Of a stretch of DNA of 64,000 nucleotides, positions 1 to 12,680 are shown one piece after another (within the stretch, counting starts at the first letter, position 1; each line of letters opens with the position of its first letter). Under the pieces are notes generated by a model. The model was given only the letters and a program-made list of their open reading frames with translations. It was not told the origin of the DNA and searched no databases. The position numbers and the translations under genes were made by a program. Source of the DNA: Octopus bimaculoides (Eukaryota); assembly GCF_001194135.2 (NCBI RefSeq), contig NC_068995.1:34752136-34816135 (forward strand), written 5' to 3'.

Positions 1-877
1 ATATATATATATATATACTTCATTGATTTTCGCATCCTAATGTGTACAGATACATTCAAACACAGATACATGTTTTCATTTTCGATACCTTATCAGATTT
101 TAACCGTAACAATGCTCGCAAATATTCTTCATTCAATCTATGTTGCTAATTTGAATCCAATCAACGATGTTTTATTTTATATAAATGTCAAGCAACTATA
201 GTCAGAATAGCTGCAATAATACTCAAGTTTAAATTATTCTTGGAAAAACTTGATAAGCGCCAATAACTCGTATCGTAGTTCAACTCATTAAAATTAACAG
301 CAAATCAGCTACATTACATCTATGCAGATCTTAACAATGTGAGGAAAGTTAAAAATTAACGTCTATCAAAGTGGTTATTTTGTTGTTTTCGCTCTTTTCC
401 ACGTGCATAAATATGCTAAATCTGTAGAATTGTGTTAAATTGGATGCTGCTTGTTTCCTTCTTGGAAACAAACTGATACTGGAAGTGAAATGGCCTTGAC
501 ATTCAAACGAACTTGTAAATTTCGATTATTACTACTGCATCACTTGTAGTTGATGGTACACGCTCAAATCTCAACAAATAAATATTTCTCTTGACACATG
601 GCAAATTTTCGGTGTGAAAATATATAAATAATAGTGTAAACACTGGATTATTGATAACGCCTATTTTGTCATACATTATTCACTCACAAAGTATGATAAC
701 AAGTAAATTAAACTTGTTTGATAGAGCATCTCATTCAGATCTTGATGTCCATTCATTTCTGCATCTAACCTTTTGTTCTAGATCTCCGAAGTTAACTGAA
801 ATAACAGTGGTTGAAAATGAGATATATAACGACAGTATGAATGTAATTTCAGGATTTTAAACATACATCTTGTAAAT

Positions 878-1228
878 TCTTTTATTCTTCTACTTTTACT
901 TTTTCAGTCATTTTACTGCGGTCATACTGGAGCACCGCCTCGAAGGGTTTTAGTCGAACAAATCGTCCCCAGGACTTATATTTTAAAGTCTAGTACTTAT
1001 TCTATTATCCCCTTCTTGGCGAACCGCTAAGTTACGAGGACGTAAACTCACTCACACACACCACGCACACACTAACACATATATATAGTCGACGGGCTTC
1101 TTTTCAGTTTCCGTCTACCAAATCCACCCACAAGGCTTTAATCGTCCCGAAGCCATAGTAGAGAACACTTGCCTAAGGTACATATGGTTGGGAAGCAAGC
1201 TTCTTACCACATAGCCACGCTTGCGCTT
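878..1228 (-). mobile_element. SINE family A (tRNA-derived, CR1-type tail), near full length with a short deletion in the head
   Basis: Collinear with copies at 22951-23290, 24735-25178, 33712-34067 and 63770-64000: tail 'ttcagtcattttactgcggtcatactggagcaccgcc', body 'gaaccgctaagttacg', internal CA/TA tract, head 'ggttgggaagcaagcttcttaccac'. Confidence 0.9.
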
Positions 1229-1522
1229 ATGTATACAAAACATTCTGCACTTTGCTAGCTCTACATGCTATGTATTACGAATAATTTAATAGAATCTGCA
1301 AACACTAATAATTTTTAAAGTTCTAATCTTGAGTCAGTTGTGCATTTAGTCTGTTGTGTTGATAATAAGATAACCAACGTTATTAGATACCTGCCAACGA
1401 GGTTATTGAAATGGAATTGATTAACAGTGGCCCAGAATATGCTGAAACAATACTCACTGTGTGGTAAATTCGGTAAATTCGGTTTAGTACCATTAATTAA
1501 TATCTTTCTTGCAAGCTGCTGT

Positions 1523-1835
1523 TTATGACAAACTTTACCTGTTATACATCCCAAATCCACATAATGTTTTCAATTAGGTATCAGGCGTACATTTAAACGA
1601 TTATAGTCACGCCCTTTTCAGGAAAATTCTGGTTGTATGTTTAAGCTATTTATTATTCTTTCTTTGGTGCATGATATCGCCATATGCAGCATAGAATTTT
1701 TATGTCGTAAGTCAATCAGACGCTTAACTTATACGTTATCTCATTCTGTCAATTACATTATCTCTCTCACTGTGGTATATAAGAATGCCAATTATTCATT
1801 TTCATTTAAATTCTGGGTTGCGTCAAATTAGCTCA
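1523..1835. repeat. Unclassified dispersed repeat, copy 1 (segments X 1523-1635 and Y 1641-1835)
   Basis: Y is a direct repeat of 3056-3243; X is the reverse complement of 2905-3020. Confidence 0.8.
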
Positions 1836-2714
1836 CCGCATAAACTTGGAGAACTTTTGTACATTTACTGATTCGCTTATAGTAAGAATATGCAAAATGT
1901 GTGATAGTGACTCATTTCAATTCAAAACCCCAGTATTGCGAGATTGGCATTTAAATCTTAGCTAGCATAAATACACTAACCAATATGGTTACTAATATAG
2001 GCATCAATGTGATTCACGTCAATAAATTCATGCTACCATGTTCAGAGATCAAATCGAATACATCGAATGTAGAAATTAAAATCAGAACTGGGGAGCTTCC
2101 CTCTATGGGCTCAAGTACTAACTCACCTTTGAAAAATACGATAAAGTTGGAAATTTAGTCACACAAAATCTCCATAAGTTCACTGCAGGCTGTAAACATG
2201 TATGCGTGAGACAACTTTAACAAAACTCATTTCATATAGATTCATATCAATTGATATCCTTCCTTTCTAAGCCTACAGGGGAAATATAGTTGAGATGAAG
2301 GAAATTATGCACAACAAAAGTCAGTAATATGTGGCTTAAGGCTGCAATTAGAGATTAGCAGTCGCAGAAATTCTGGCGATGATTAGTGATGCGTGATCTC
2401 TCACATGTGCAATATATTAAAACATTGCTGTACCGGTGTTAATCTATAATTAACTAATTACTTATTACGTAGAACTTTTTGTCTCTGTTCCAAATGTTTT
2501 TTTTTTTTTACAAATGCGCATATACACTCATAATAAGTATTTATATACTGGTAATCTTCTGCTTTAGTCACTAGACTGCATCAATGCTAGTGCACCATGC
2601 TGTTAAGCAGTGAAGCACACAAATGCAAGTACATGCATACGCACACTTTCTTACAAATATATAAAATATATATATATATATGTGTGTGTGTGTGAGTACG
2701 CATTGATATCTGCA

Positions 2715-2850
2715 TAGTTTTCGCCTACAGAATATCCTCACCAACCACAGGTCGGATACGGGCTATAGTATAACGCATTAGCCTAAACTGACGAGTAGTA
2801 GGGCCGAACTTGATATCACGTGCTTAAGAGACTGCATCTCGTACACAAAT
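2715..2850 (-). mobile_element. Old, degenerate SINE-A-like head fragment
   Basis: Loose match 'tcgcctac...gtcgg...ggctatagta...' to the SINE-A head. Confidence 0.35.
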
Positions 2851-2904
2851 GTGAACCATAAAATGTCTCATCCTTATGCATGCACACACATATACATGAA
2901 GCAC

Positions 2905-3243
2905 ATGACCAGAATTTTTCTGAGAAGAAGGGCGGGATTATAATCGTTTAAATGTATGCCCGATACCTGATTGAGATCATTATGTGGATTCTGGGTGTAT
3001 AAAAGGTAAAGTTTATCATCAGAGGTGTCATCAAGTATAAGCTTGGTGATGTACTTAAGCTATTTATTATTCTTTCATATGCAGCATAGAATTTTTATGC
3101 CGTAAGTCAATCAGACGCTTAGATTATACGTTACTTCATTTTGTCGACTACATTATCTCTCCCATTGTGGTGTATAAGAATGCTAATTATTCATTTTCAA
3201 TTAAATTCTGGCTTGAGAAGCAATGCGCGTCAAATTACCTCAA
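2905..3243. repeat. Unclassified dispersed repeat, copy 2 (X inverted, then Y)
   Basis: The reverse complement of 2905-3020 aligns with 1523-1635; 3056-3243 aligns directly with 1641-1835. Confidence 0.8.
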
Positions 3244-3573
3244 AGCATTTTTTGTCTGATTGATTTTGAAAGCATGCAACTGGGGGATTTGCTAAAATGT
3301 ATTATGTGTTGAAGATTAGCGTTCTATTATTTTTGTACTTTTAATTTCGGTGGATATATTTTTTCAGTTTCTAAGTCAATCCACCCAAAGATTTTCGCCA
3401 AACACTATTCTTGGGAAGGTCATAAGTGTAGAGTCGCAGACTTCTCCTCCATAGGGCCCTAACAGAAGCGACCGTAATTGTACTTAGCGGCTGGTTTCCC
3501 AAGCGTGACCAACTGAGATTCTTGGTCAACGAGCGCCGCACCATGTCGATGTATACATACAATGTCCCTCTGC

Positions 3574-3681
<108 letters not shown>

Positions 3682-4074
3682 NNNNNNNNNNNNNNNNNNN
3701 NNNNNNNNNNNNNNNNNNNNNNNNNNNNNNNNNNNNNNNNNNNNNNNNNNNNNNNNNNNNNNNNNNNNNNNNNNNNNNNNNNNNNNNNNNNNNNNNNNNN
3801 NNNNNNNNNNNNNNNNNNNNNNNNNNNNNNNNNNNNNNNNNNNNNNNNNNNNNNNNNNNNNNNNNNNNNNNNNNNNNNNNNNNNNNNNNNNNNNNNNNNN
3901 NNNNNNNNNNNNNNNNNNNNNNNNNNNNNNNNNNNNNNNNNNNNNNNNNNNNNNNNNNNNNNNNNNNNNNNNNNNNNNNNNNNNNNNNNNNNNNNNNNNN
4001 NNNNNNNNNNNNNNNNNNNNNNNNNNNNNNNNNNNNNNNNNNNNNNNNNNNNNNNNNNNNNNNNNNNNNNNNNN

Positions 4075-4265
4075 TTCACAAAAAAAAAAGAAACAAAAGA
4101 CGAAAACAGGTGGTGTAGACACCAAACAGATGTATTAGTTTAACGCTCGGGAAGTGAAAAAGTATTTAACGTTTCGAGCCTACGATCTGCCACAGAAAGG
4201 AACACAGAAAGAAACAAGGGGAGTAAATAAAGAATGTGCAGTGGCTAGCGATCTATCATGGCGAA
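4075..4265 (-). mobile_element. Probable PLE terminal (pLTR) fragment with decayed hammerhead-like motif
   Basis: Minus strand reads 'ctgtggcagatcgtaggctcgaaacgttaaa...gagcgttaaactaatac...cgtcttttg'; homologous to 35800-35900 (end of a PLE) and 40155-40340. Confidence 0.6.
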
Positions 4266-4974
4266 TATACATATTCGCACAAACACACATATATCTCCTT
4301 TTATATTATATTCTTCTAGGTAAAACGTAGAGATTTGGACAAAGAAGTTTCTACTGGACTACGTTGTAAACTTTAATTGGTAAGTCGAATGAGGAAAGGA
4401 ACGTTCAATGATAAAAAAATAGGGAGAAGTCCGTTCGTAGATTGTAAACCAGGACTGAAATCTCGCCATTGCGTTCCTGTACATCACATAATGAACTACG
4501 TCTTGCTTGAAGAATCGTCTCGTTGTATAAGAAAACAATTTTCCTTACATGTATGGTTGGGCAATCACTGGCATTTATATTTTTCATTTGAATAATTTGT
4601 GTAATCTATTCGCTTTGTAGAAATGGTTGTTGGTTAACGAAACGTATTATTTTGCCGAGCAAGTAATAAGACTCGTGTGGAACAGTGGATAGATTCCATT
4701 ATTCTTCCTCTGGTATTGTTTTTATTTGGCCAAAAACACATGGCATTGGTAATGTTATAAATGTAATACAAGACGTTACACGCCTTTATATTGTCGTTTG
4801 CTGCAGTAAAATTGCTACAGAGTCTGCTAAAGCAATATATGGGTCAGTACTACTCACCCGTATATACACATGTAAAAGATGTGTGGAAAAGGATGTAATA
4901 TATCATTATATTTATATATAATGTATGCATAATTATATTGAATCGCTAAATTTGTGGAAAGATTTCGTCTCCAT

Positions 4975-5253
4975 ATACATCAGATGTTTCAGGGGTCATT
5001 TAGAAATTTCTAAATTTGTGACACAAATTTCTGTTGATACTTTTTTCTCGCCTATAGGTTAATCATTAGTAGATGGCTCACATCTCAAGACCTATAAATG
5101 TACCGGTTTGGTGACCATGGCGGTATGCAACATATGTCCAATATATACACCTTGCACTTTGTAAGTAAGACGCATCTGTACTACATAAAAGCTATCTGAA
5201 GGTTGAGCAACACGAATTAGTTATAAGCGGAAGGAAATTTGAGACACCCTGTA
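4975..5253. mobile_element. Tc1/mariner-type MITE remnant
   Basis: Right end 'gagacaccctg-ta' is a CAGGGTG-type TIR plus TA; the left TIR is degenerate. Confidence 0.4.
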
Positions 5254-5549
5254 TTCAGATGCACAGAAACGTACACTTACAATCACACATATACACATAT
5301 ACACATTATGTTTTGCTGAAAGCTTTTGTCTAATGTTTTGCTGAAAGCTTTTGTTTAATACACATGAGAAAATATGAAGGCAGCCATACATCTGACTGAG
5401 GAGCTGAATGCTGAGATTTTCTATTATCTTTCATTTTCTAGGCGAACACAAACACGCACAAACACACACAGACACACACACACACACACACACACGCGCA
5501 TACACACACATATAAGATGCAATTTTCTATTCAATATTATAACTATTAT

Positions 5550-5740
5550 AAGGTGGTGAGCTGGCAGAAACGTTAGCACTACGTTCTGAGTTCAAACTCC
5601 GCCGAGTTCGACTTTACCTTTCATCCTTTCGGGGTCGATAAATTAAGTTAAATTAAGATAAATTAAGCTTATTGGGGTTGATCTAATCGACTGGCTCCCT
5701 CCCCAAAAGTTTCGGGCCTTGTGCCTAAAGTAGAAAAGAA
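5550..5740 (+). mobile_element. SINE family B, internally deleted
   Basis: Matches 15329-15560: 'aaggtggtgagctggcagaaacgttagca...ttctgagttcaaa...tttcatcctttcggggtcgat'. Confidence 0.88.
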
Positions 5741-7599
5741 AGCCATAACTATTATTTTGACTTTTATACAGATATTCTGAAGCATTATTTTTGATATTAA
5801 TATTTCAACTAAAAGCAGTAACTGGTTATTGTAAGACAGAAAGGAGTTTCGGTGTGCAACATTTGCTCATGTTTAGTTGGCTAACTGAAAAGTTAGGTAC
5901 CTGTTCCTTCATTAAGTAACTGTTCTCTTCTATAGTAAGGTAACTGTTTTAACTGTTCTCTTATTTACTAATGCTCGAAAGATAAGCGAATAGAATACCT
6001 TACAATATTTCTTCCGGTTCTCTGCACTCGGATATTAAATCCTATTAAAGCTTACATTGTCTTGAAACACTTCTTGCGAAATACTCTCGTCGTTTACTCT
6101 CTATGTTTCCGTGTCTCTGTCTATCTGTACCTCTCTTCTCGCTCTCTGCTTTTCCTCTCCCCCTCTCTCTCTCGGAATTGGGTTCGTATAAGTGGTCCAG
6201 AAAAGTGTTTTTCCATCAAAGCTCCACTAATCATGTTTATGCACGGACAAGAAAGACAGACCTACAGTAAGCATTCCGTGCTGAACGCCTCCCATTGTAT
6301 AAGAAAGAAACAAACAAACAAGTGTATGAGAGTAAATGATTTATTTGTTATTTCTGAAATTGAAAATATTCAGCCAATTTAAAACTTAGTGGAACATACA
6401 TTTGCAAATGAAACACGTCGACAATCTATGAAAGAAAAATTCTATAATCACTGATTGTTTGATTGCTTCATTAGACATATCATAAGAGTTAACAAACATA
6501 TTAACGTTTTTAAATATTTCTGCAAGATCCTCTTGTTTTTCTTCCATCTCCTTCCCATCAGCATGTGTGAATCATGGTGTTGTCACAGTTTGAGCCATAA
6601 TCTAAAAACATGGAATCAGATGAAATGGTTTAAAAACACCTATGTTTTGTAAGGAAGACGTTACTTGTAAAAAACAGGAATATTTACATTACAAAGTATA
6701 AAAAAGTACATGTATTAGAAAGTATAAAATAAATACAGGCTTTAGAAATTATTAAACTACGGTAAAGATAAATAAATATGCGTGAATTCCATTTAAAATG
6801 ACATTCTCGAAACATTGTTTTTTGTATGCAATAACGTATTTAAGAATATTTTAAATAAATAAACAGCTAACTTGAATTAGGTTCAACTGTAAGTTGGCCA
6901 AAGATAATATTGAATGATTCATATAAAAAACATGCACACATATGCACATGTACGTACACACATACATGGACACGTAAGCACATACACACAGGTACACATG
7001 CAGACATGCGCACATGCACTCATACAGACATACACATGCACACTCCACGTTTCCTTACAACTTGGCTTTGTTCTTTAACAATCATATTTCATCAGAAAAA
7101 AAGAAACTAAGTTACTGGTATTTTTATATATCATGTTGTAATGAGAGATGCAGTATGAGAGAAAAATAGAAAGGTATTCGAATACAAAAGAAAAAAAAAA
7201 CGGCCAGGAATATAAACCAAAAGAAAATAGATGGTGAATAAAAGAATCGTTTCTGTGGTAAAGATCGGAGAAAACAGGATGTGGGAGTGCTATTATGAAG
7301 AAAATATGGTAATTGGAAGATGTGAAAGCGAACATTAAAATACAGAGAAAGTATGCCTTCCTGGGAGAAAACAAGAGAGAAAAGATGGTTATTAAGCACT
7401 AAATGATAAGGACAAAAAGTGAGAATAATCCTATAGCAGAAACAAGGATTCACAATAGGGATCTCAACAAAAGAAAAAAAAAACCTGAAAGAAACTAAAA
7501 AAATCACTGACATTTGAATATTCAGTATCACCCATCACCTTGTATAATTGGCTTCCAAGTTTGAAGAGTTTTTTGTGTTTTAAATAGGGGTAAATATCC

Positions 7600-8500
7600 G
7601 TTTCAATGCCAGTACTCTTCCAACAGCCTGCTGGTTGTGACTTGACTTATTTAGTAGTATCAAAGTAGGTAGTTGAGAGTAACAATGAAATCATCATAAA
7701 TTGAGGGGTTTTCATGCTGAGAAGGTGAATGCAAACATACTGTAGTCTATATCATATTCGGAATAGGTCGTTTCACCATACCTAGCTAAATATTAGTCGA
7801 ACACTGTGTCTCTAATGAGACACAAGTGGAACTCTGCGTGCACATTAACAGAACTGTAACGGTTTTGTTTAGCTATAAGATGGACGTCACAGATGCCATC
7901 TATGAGCAAAGACATTTCGGTAGTGACCATCCTGTCTTTTTTTTTATACATTATTATCGAATGACAAGTGTCCGTCCTTCTTAACACAGTATAGTTTAAG
8001 TCGAAGGAGGTTTGGCCTACATTTTTTATAGACAGAATAAACAAGTTCAGACCTCCGTGTGCTGGACTGCAGTGCATGTGTATTTGATGTTTAAGTTTCA
8101 AAACTAGAGGCTTTCTATCCATGATCATCCAATGCTGTTACAGGCATCTTAGATCACATCATACCAATTTTCTCTTTTCTGATTTTATAGTTGTGATTGA
8201 GGAATTATTGGCTCCTATTCTTTTAGCATGTGGTGCGACAATTATGACATATTTCAGGATATTTATTGCTTGCAAAATATAACTTCTATTTTTTTCAGCA
8301 ATTTCTAGTAGTGGGCTCTTGGTGGTGTTTGCTGGCATTAATGTTCTTCTTATTGGAGCAGCAGCTCCCAGTTGTAGCTGTCGAGACCCTACAGCTTTCC
8401 CGCTTAACCAGGCGTGCATTATAAAATCCGTCGTATATGAGGCAGAAATTATAGTAATGCTACAGTAATAACCTAACCGAAGAGAGGAATTGCATCGTGT
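7600..8500 (-). pseudogene. Heavily decayed PIF1-like helicase fragment, possibly from a Helitron RepHel
   Basis: With frameshifts, the minus strand gives motifs in PIF1 order: 'TATTG-AAA' (motif Ia-like), 'PAHGGLNLFIL' (GG-N-VIL-like), 'KQNR...EFHLCLIRD' (QxR..F..L..IR) and 'NKSSHNQQ'. Manual recognition only. Confidence 0.4.
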
Positions 8501-8669
8501 TATTCAAAGGCAACTTCGAAAGACGCTCAGCAAACCACTTATCTTCTTTCCGACACAAGGTCAAAATTAAATCCACTGTAATGGCTAGCCACGTATGAAG
8601 TTTGAAGACCAAATCTGAGCCAATCAAGTGGAAAGTTGTACAAAATCCATGCCATATGTTAAGAGATCA

Positions 8670-9049
8670 GTGGAGGCGCAATGGCCCAGTAGTTAGGGCA
8701 GCGGACTCGCGGTCATAGGATCACGGGTTCGATTCCCAGACCGAACGTTGTGAGTGTTTATTGAGCGAAAACACAAAGCTCCACGAGGCTCCGGCAGGGG
8801 ATGGTGGTGAACCCTGCTGTACTCTTTCACCACAAATTTCTCTCACTCTTACTTCCTGTTTCTGTTGTGCCTGTAATTCAAAGGGTCAGCCTTGTCACAC
8901 TGTGTCACGCTGAATATCCCCGAGAACTACGTTAAGGGTACACGTGTCTGTGGAGTGCTCAGCCACTTGCACGTTAATTTCATGAGCAGGCTGTTCCGTT
9001 GATCGGATCAACTGGAACCCTCTACGTCGTAAGCGACGAAGTACCAGCA
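8670..9049 (+). mobile_element. SINE family C (tRNA-derived), full length
   Basis: A-box-like TGGCCCAGTAG and B-box GGTTCGATTCC; about 380 bp collinear with 23876-24156 and the reverse complement of 44481-44859. Confidence 0.93.
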
Positions 9050-9381
9050 TGTTAATAGATCTAAGAAGTGCAAGTTAGGCTTAGCTGAAACATTGCGTAT
9101 CCATCTTGGTTGTAATTCCACCGCACCGCTGAATTTCTCCCTTTTTCTTTTTCTTTCTTCTTCCGTTTTCTCCACCCTTCCTCTTTCTGCATTCACCTTC
9201 CTTTTTTCCCCGTGAATTCTCTTCTTCTATTGTTCTGATTTGTAACTTCAATAGGCCATGTGCTCAGAGCCTGGAGATTACTTAGAGACACTTGACGTTT
9301 TATAAAACGCTGGCTCATAACTACATACTATGTACATCAATATATATAAATTTATATATATATATATATATATACGAGTTT

Positions 9382-9459
9382 TAGTTTAATAGGAACAAAC
9401 AAATATAAAAAATATGAGAGTAGCGAATATGAAACTATTCAAGGCGTGGATATAGTAAG
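9382..9459 (+). repeat. 78-bp exact duplicate of 10289-10366 across a gap
   Basis: Identical 'tagtttaataggaac...gatatagtaag' on both sides of the N-run 9460-10206. Confidence 0.9.
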
Positions 9460-10288
9460 NNNNNNNNNNNNNNNNNNNNNNNNNNNNNNNNNNNNNNNNN
9501 NNNNNNNNNNNNNNNNNNNNNNNNNNNNNNNNNNNNNNNNNNNNNNNNNNNNNNNNNNNNNNNNNNNNNNNNNNNNNNNNNNNNNNNNNNNNNNNNNNNN
9601 NNNNNNNNNNNNNNNNNNNNNNNNNNNNNNNNNNNNNNNNNNNNNNNNNNNNNNNNNNNNNNNNNNNNNNNNNNNNNNNNNNNNNNNNNNNNNNNNNNNN
9701 NNNNNNNNNNNNNNNNNNNNNNNNNNNNNNNNNNNNNNNNNNNNNNNNNNNNNNNNNNNNNNNNNNNNNNNNNNNNNNNNNNNNNNNNNNNNNNNNNNNN
9801 NNNNNNNNNNNNNNNNNNNNNNNNNNNNNNNNNNNNNNNNNNNNNNNNNNNNNNNNNNNNNNNNNNNNNNNNNNNNNNNNNNNNNNNNNNNNNNNNNNNN
9901 NNNNNNNNNNNNNNNNNNNNNNNNNNNNNNNNNNNNNNNNNNNNNNNNNNNNNNNNNNNNNNNNNNNNNNNNNNNNNNNNNNNNNNNNNNNNNNNNNNNN
10001 NNNNNNNNNNNNNNNNNNNNNNNNNNNNNNNNNNNNNNNNNNNNNNNNNNNNNNNNNNNNNNNNNNNNNNNNNNNNNNNNNNNNNNNNNNNNNNNNNNNN
10101 NNNNNNNNNNNNNNNNNNNNNNNNNNNNNNNNNNNNNNNNNNNNNNNNNNNNNNNNNNNNNNNNNNNNNNNNNNNNNNNNNNNNNNNNNNNNNNNNNNNN
10201 NNNNNNGGTAGAGTAGGAGTGTGTTGGGGTGTGGTGGGATGAGCTTATGAGGGGGTGTTGACGAGGAGGGAGAAGGGGAAGGTGGATG

Positions 10289-10760
10289 TAGTTTAATAGG
10301 AACAAACAAATATAAAAAATATGAGAGTAGCGAATATGAAACTATTCAAGGCGTGGATATAGTAAGTAGCTCTAAGTATCCCGGCTTATTCAAAAACCCC
10401 GTTTCAAAACTTGGAGAATTCAACAACCTCCAAAGAAGAGCGAAGAGTAAACATTTGGTTATATAAGAATCTTTTTTATATGGGTGTTATATACTATTAT
10501 ATAAATTCAAGGTAATATCGAGAAAGGTGACTGTTTTGATATTGCATCTAAAGTTCTTCTTAAGCCTAAGCTTTTAAAGATGTTGTGCTTTACATTAATA
10601 CTATCATAGTATGTGGATTCCGTATATTGAATATTGTTAATCTAGAGTCTCGATATAATCCTCCCTGAAACGTAGAATTGTATTCTTTAAGAACATCAAT
10701 AACCTGGAACTCATATATTGGCATCAAAAGAATTTTGTTACTGCTGGTGACTGGGAGTAT
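10289..10760 (-). mobile_element. Penelope-like element RT fragment (YRDD-type), decayed
   Basis: With frameshifts, the minus strand reads GLYRD(SR)L...IFKSLGLRRTLDANIKTVTFLDITLNL...HPYKK...YYIHALN, matching the PLE RT motif C to thumb region. Confidence 0.65.
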
Positions 10761-11224
10761 TTGATTGTTACTTTACTGGCTTCTAATTCTAATTCTAAAT
10801 CTATGCTGTTTACAGTTCTAGAAAACTGTTTCTTCTTTTCTTGTAGAGTTGTAATAAACGCATAGTAGTAGTGGTTATCTTGTATAATTGTAGAAACTTC
10901 ATAAATAACCTTATTAATTGTACCGTAGGTTCAATTTAATATTTATAACATAACAACCAATAAACCTGGCCGAAAATATTCGTCTAGTTTCCGAAGGAAA
11001 TAATTTTCTAAGATTCTCTTATTAATTCTCCATACATCCGATTTAGTTGGATTCAGTCTCCTAATAAGTTGAATTCATTTGACATCTGCTGCGTTTCCGA
11101 TCAGACAAATACATAGGCGTCTGTAGTTACCATGTTCAGTTCTATAAAGTTTGTTGAAGATATTTTTAATCCTGCGGTATAAATTTCTTTTAGAGACTAC
11201 CTGTGATTCTTCTTAAGAAAATTC

Positions 11225-11690
11225 CTTCTTTAGGTGCCATGTCCAGAATGTAGGATACAGGCAATCATGTCCTGCCACAATTCTCTGTTCTTCGTTTTCT
11301 GTCATAATTCCACTTCTTGATTCTTAACGCTTCTCTTTTCCAACCAATTTGTCGAAGTTGGTATCGATATCATTCTTCTCCTTCCTCTGCTTCCTTTCCT
11401 TTCTATCATTTCAGTCCTCGCTAAATTTTCCAGGCCCTCTTTCCTCATCGCATGACCACAAATCTTAGTTGCTTGGCCCTTGTCTAACGAAGCAGTGTTC
11501 TATTTACTGCAGGAAATTGTTAGGTTATTTCTAATCAGATTATTGTACAAATTCTTGCTTTATATGTTAGAGTCTCCATTTTATCAGAATACACCTGTAC
11601 AATTTGGGAATTGCAAAAGTCTTTTAGCATTTATTACTCCAAGATGTTGGAAAGTCTTAATTATTTCTACAATGATAATTTCCTAATTAA
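11225..11690 (-). mobile_element. RTE-clade LINE, decayed 3' end
   Basis: With frameshifts, minus strand 'TFQHLGV...LRFCGHAMRKEGLENLARTEMIERKGSRGRRR...WQDMIACILHSGHGT*', typical of the RTE C-terminus. Confidence 0.75.
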
Positions 11691-11816
11691 ATGTGAAAAG
11701 ATCATTCTCAGTGTTGTTGGGTGAAGAGCATGGTGGTGGCATTCAATTAAGTTTAAATTTCAATTTATTTTAACAGAAGTCATTATCATCATTTTCATTC
11801 ACGTCGTCATCGTAAA

Positions 11817-11889
11817 TAATAATAATATTAATAACAGCAACAAGAAAATAATAATAATAATAATAATAATAATAANNNNNNNNNNAGAA

Positions 11890-11942
<53 letters not shown>

Positions 11943-12020
11943 TAATAATAATAGCAAAATAATAATAATTATAATAATAATAATGATAATAATAATAATA
12001 ATAATAATTATTATTATTAT
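11817..12020. repeat. (AAT)n/(ATT)n microsatellite adjoining the Tx1 tail
   Basis: Seen directly. Confidence 0.95.
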
Positions 12021-12545
12021 TTCATTTATTTGGCCACCAGTAGACAATACAGTAAACGGGAACAGTTGGAATTTTACACAAAACAACGAGTATACATTTT
12101 AAACAATAACAATAATATCAATCAGGGAGAATATAACAATGAAAGTTCCCCAATAGGGGATAACCACCTGGAGTTGGCTCAGGTACCCCACCAATCCTGA
12201 ACCACTCGACACTTTGAGGGCATTCGGAAGTGCACCCTTCTCCCTCTCAAATTCACTAGCCTACAGGCGCATTATTAGAGTAAATTCATTCACACGGGCA
12301 ATTTTTGCTACATTCACCCACCTTTTAGCAAATGTACTGGGAACAGCACTTTCCTCTCCACCCTGATCTTCCTTTCCAAGTGAAATTTGAAAAGTTTGAT
12401 GAAGAGAAAAGTGTCTGTCTTCAGTCCTTTCAACCTGGTCCACCATACAACCTCTTTCGCTACTGCTATCAGGCAGAGGAAAATTGCCTGCCCTACCAGG
12501 CTAGCGGAGTATTTGAAGGTGATGGAATCAAACATATACAACAGG
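12010..12545 (-). mobile_element. Tx1/L1-clade LINE 3' end (ORF2 C-terminus, 3' UTR, AAT tail)
   Basis: ORFs 12314-12541 and 12261-12446: 'FLCLIAVAKEVVWWTRLKGLKT...RKIRVER...KRWVNVAKIARVN' followed by a UTR and an (AAT)n tail. Confidence 0.7.
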
Positions 12546-12680
12546 TTTCTTTCAGTTTCTGTCTATCATATCTACTCACAAGGCTTTGGTCGGCAGGAGG
12601 CTATCGTAGCAGACACTTGCCGAAGGTTCTACACAGTGGGACTGAACCCAGAACCGTGTGGTTGGTAAGCAAGCTACTTT
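12545..12680 (-). mobile_element. SINE family A head fragment
   Basis: 'caaggctttggtcggc..aggctatcgtagcagacacttgcc...gggactgaacccagaacc..gtggttggtaagcaagct'. Confidence 0.85.

Noticed and set aside
4400-4600. Possible Helitron Rep-like peptide on the minus strand (RFFKQDVVHYVMYRN)
   Set aside because: A single weak motif with no supporting neighbours.
8670-8745. tRNA-like sequence with A and B boxes (also at 23876 and 44785-44859)
   Set aside because: It continues into a 300-bp SINE body; these are SINE heads, not tRNA genes.
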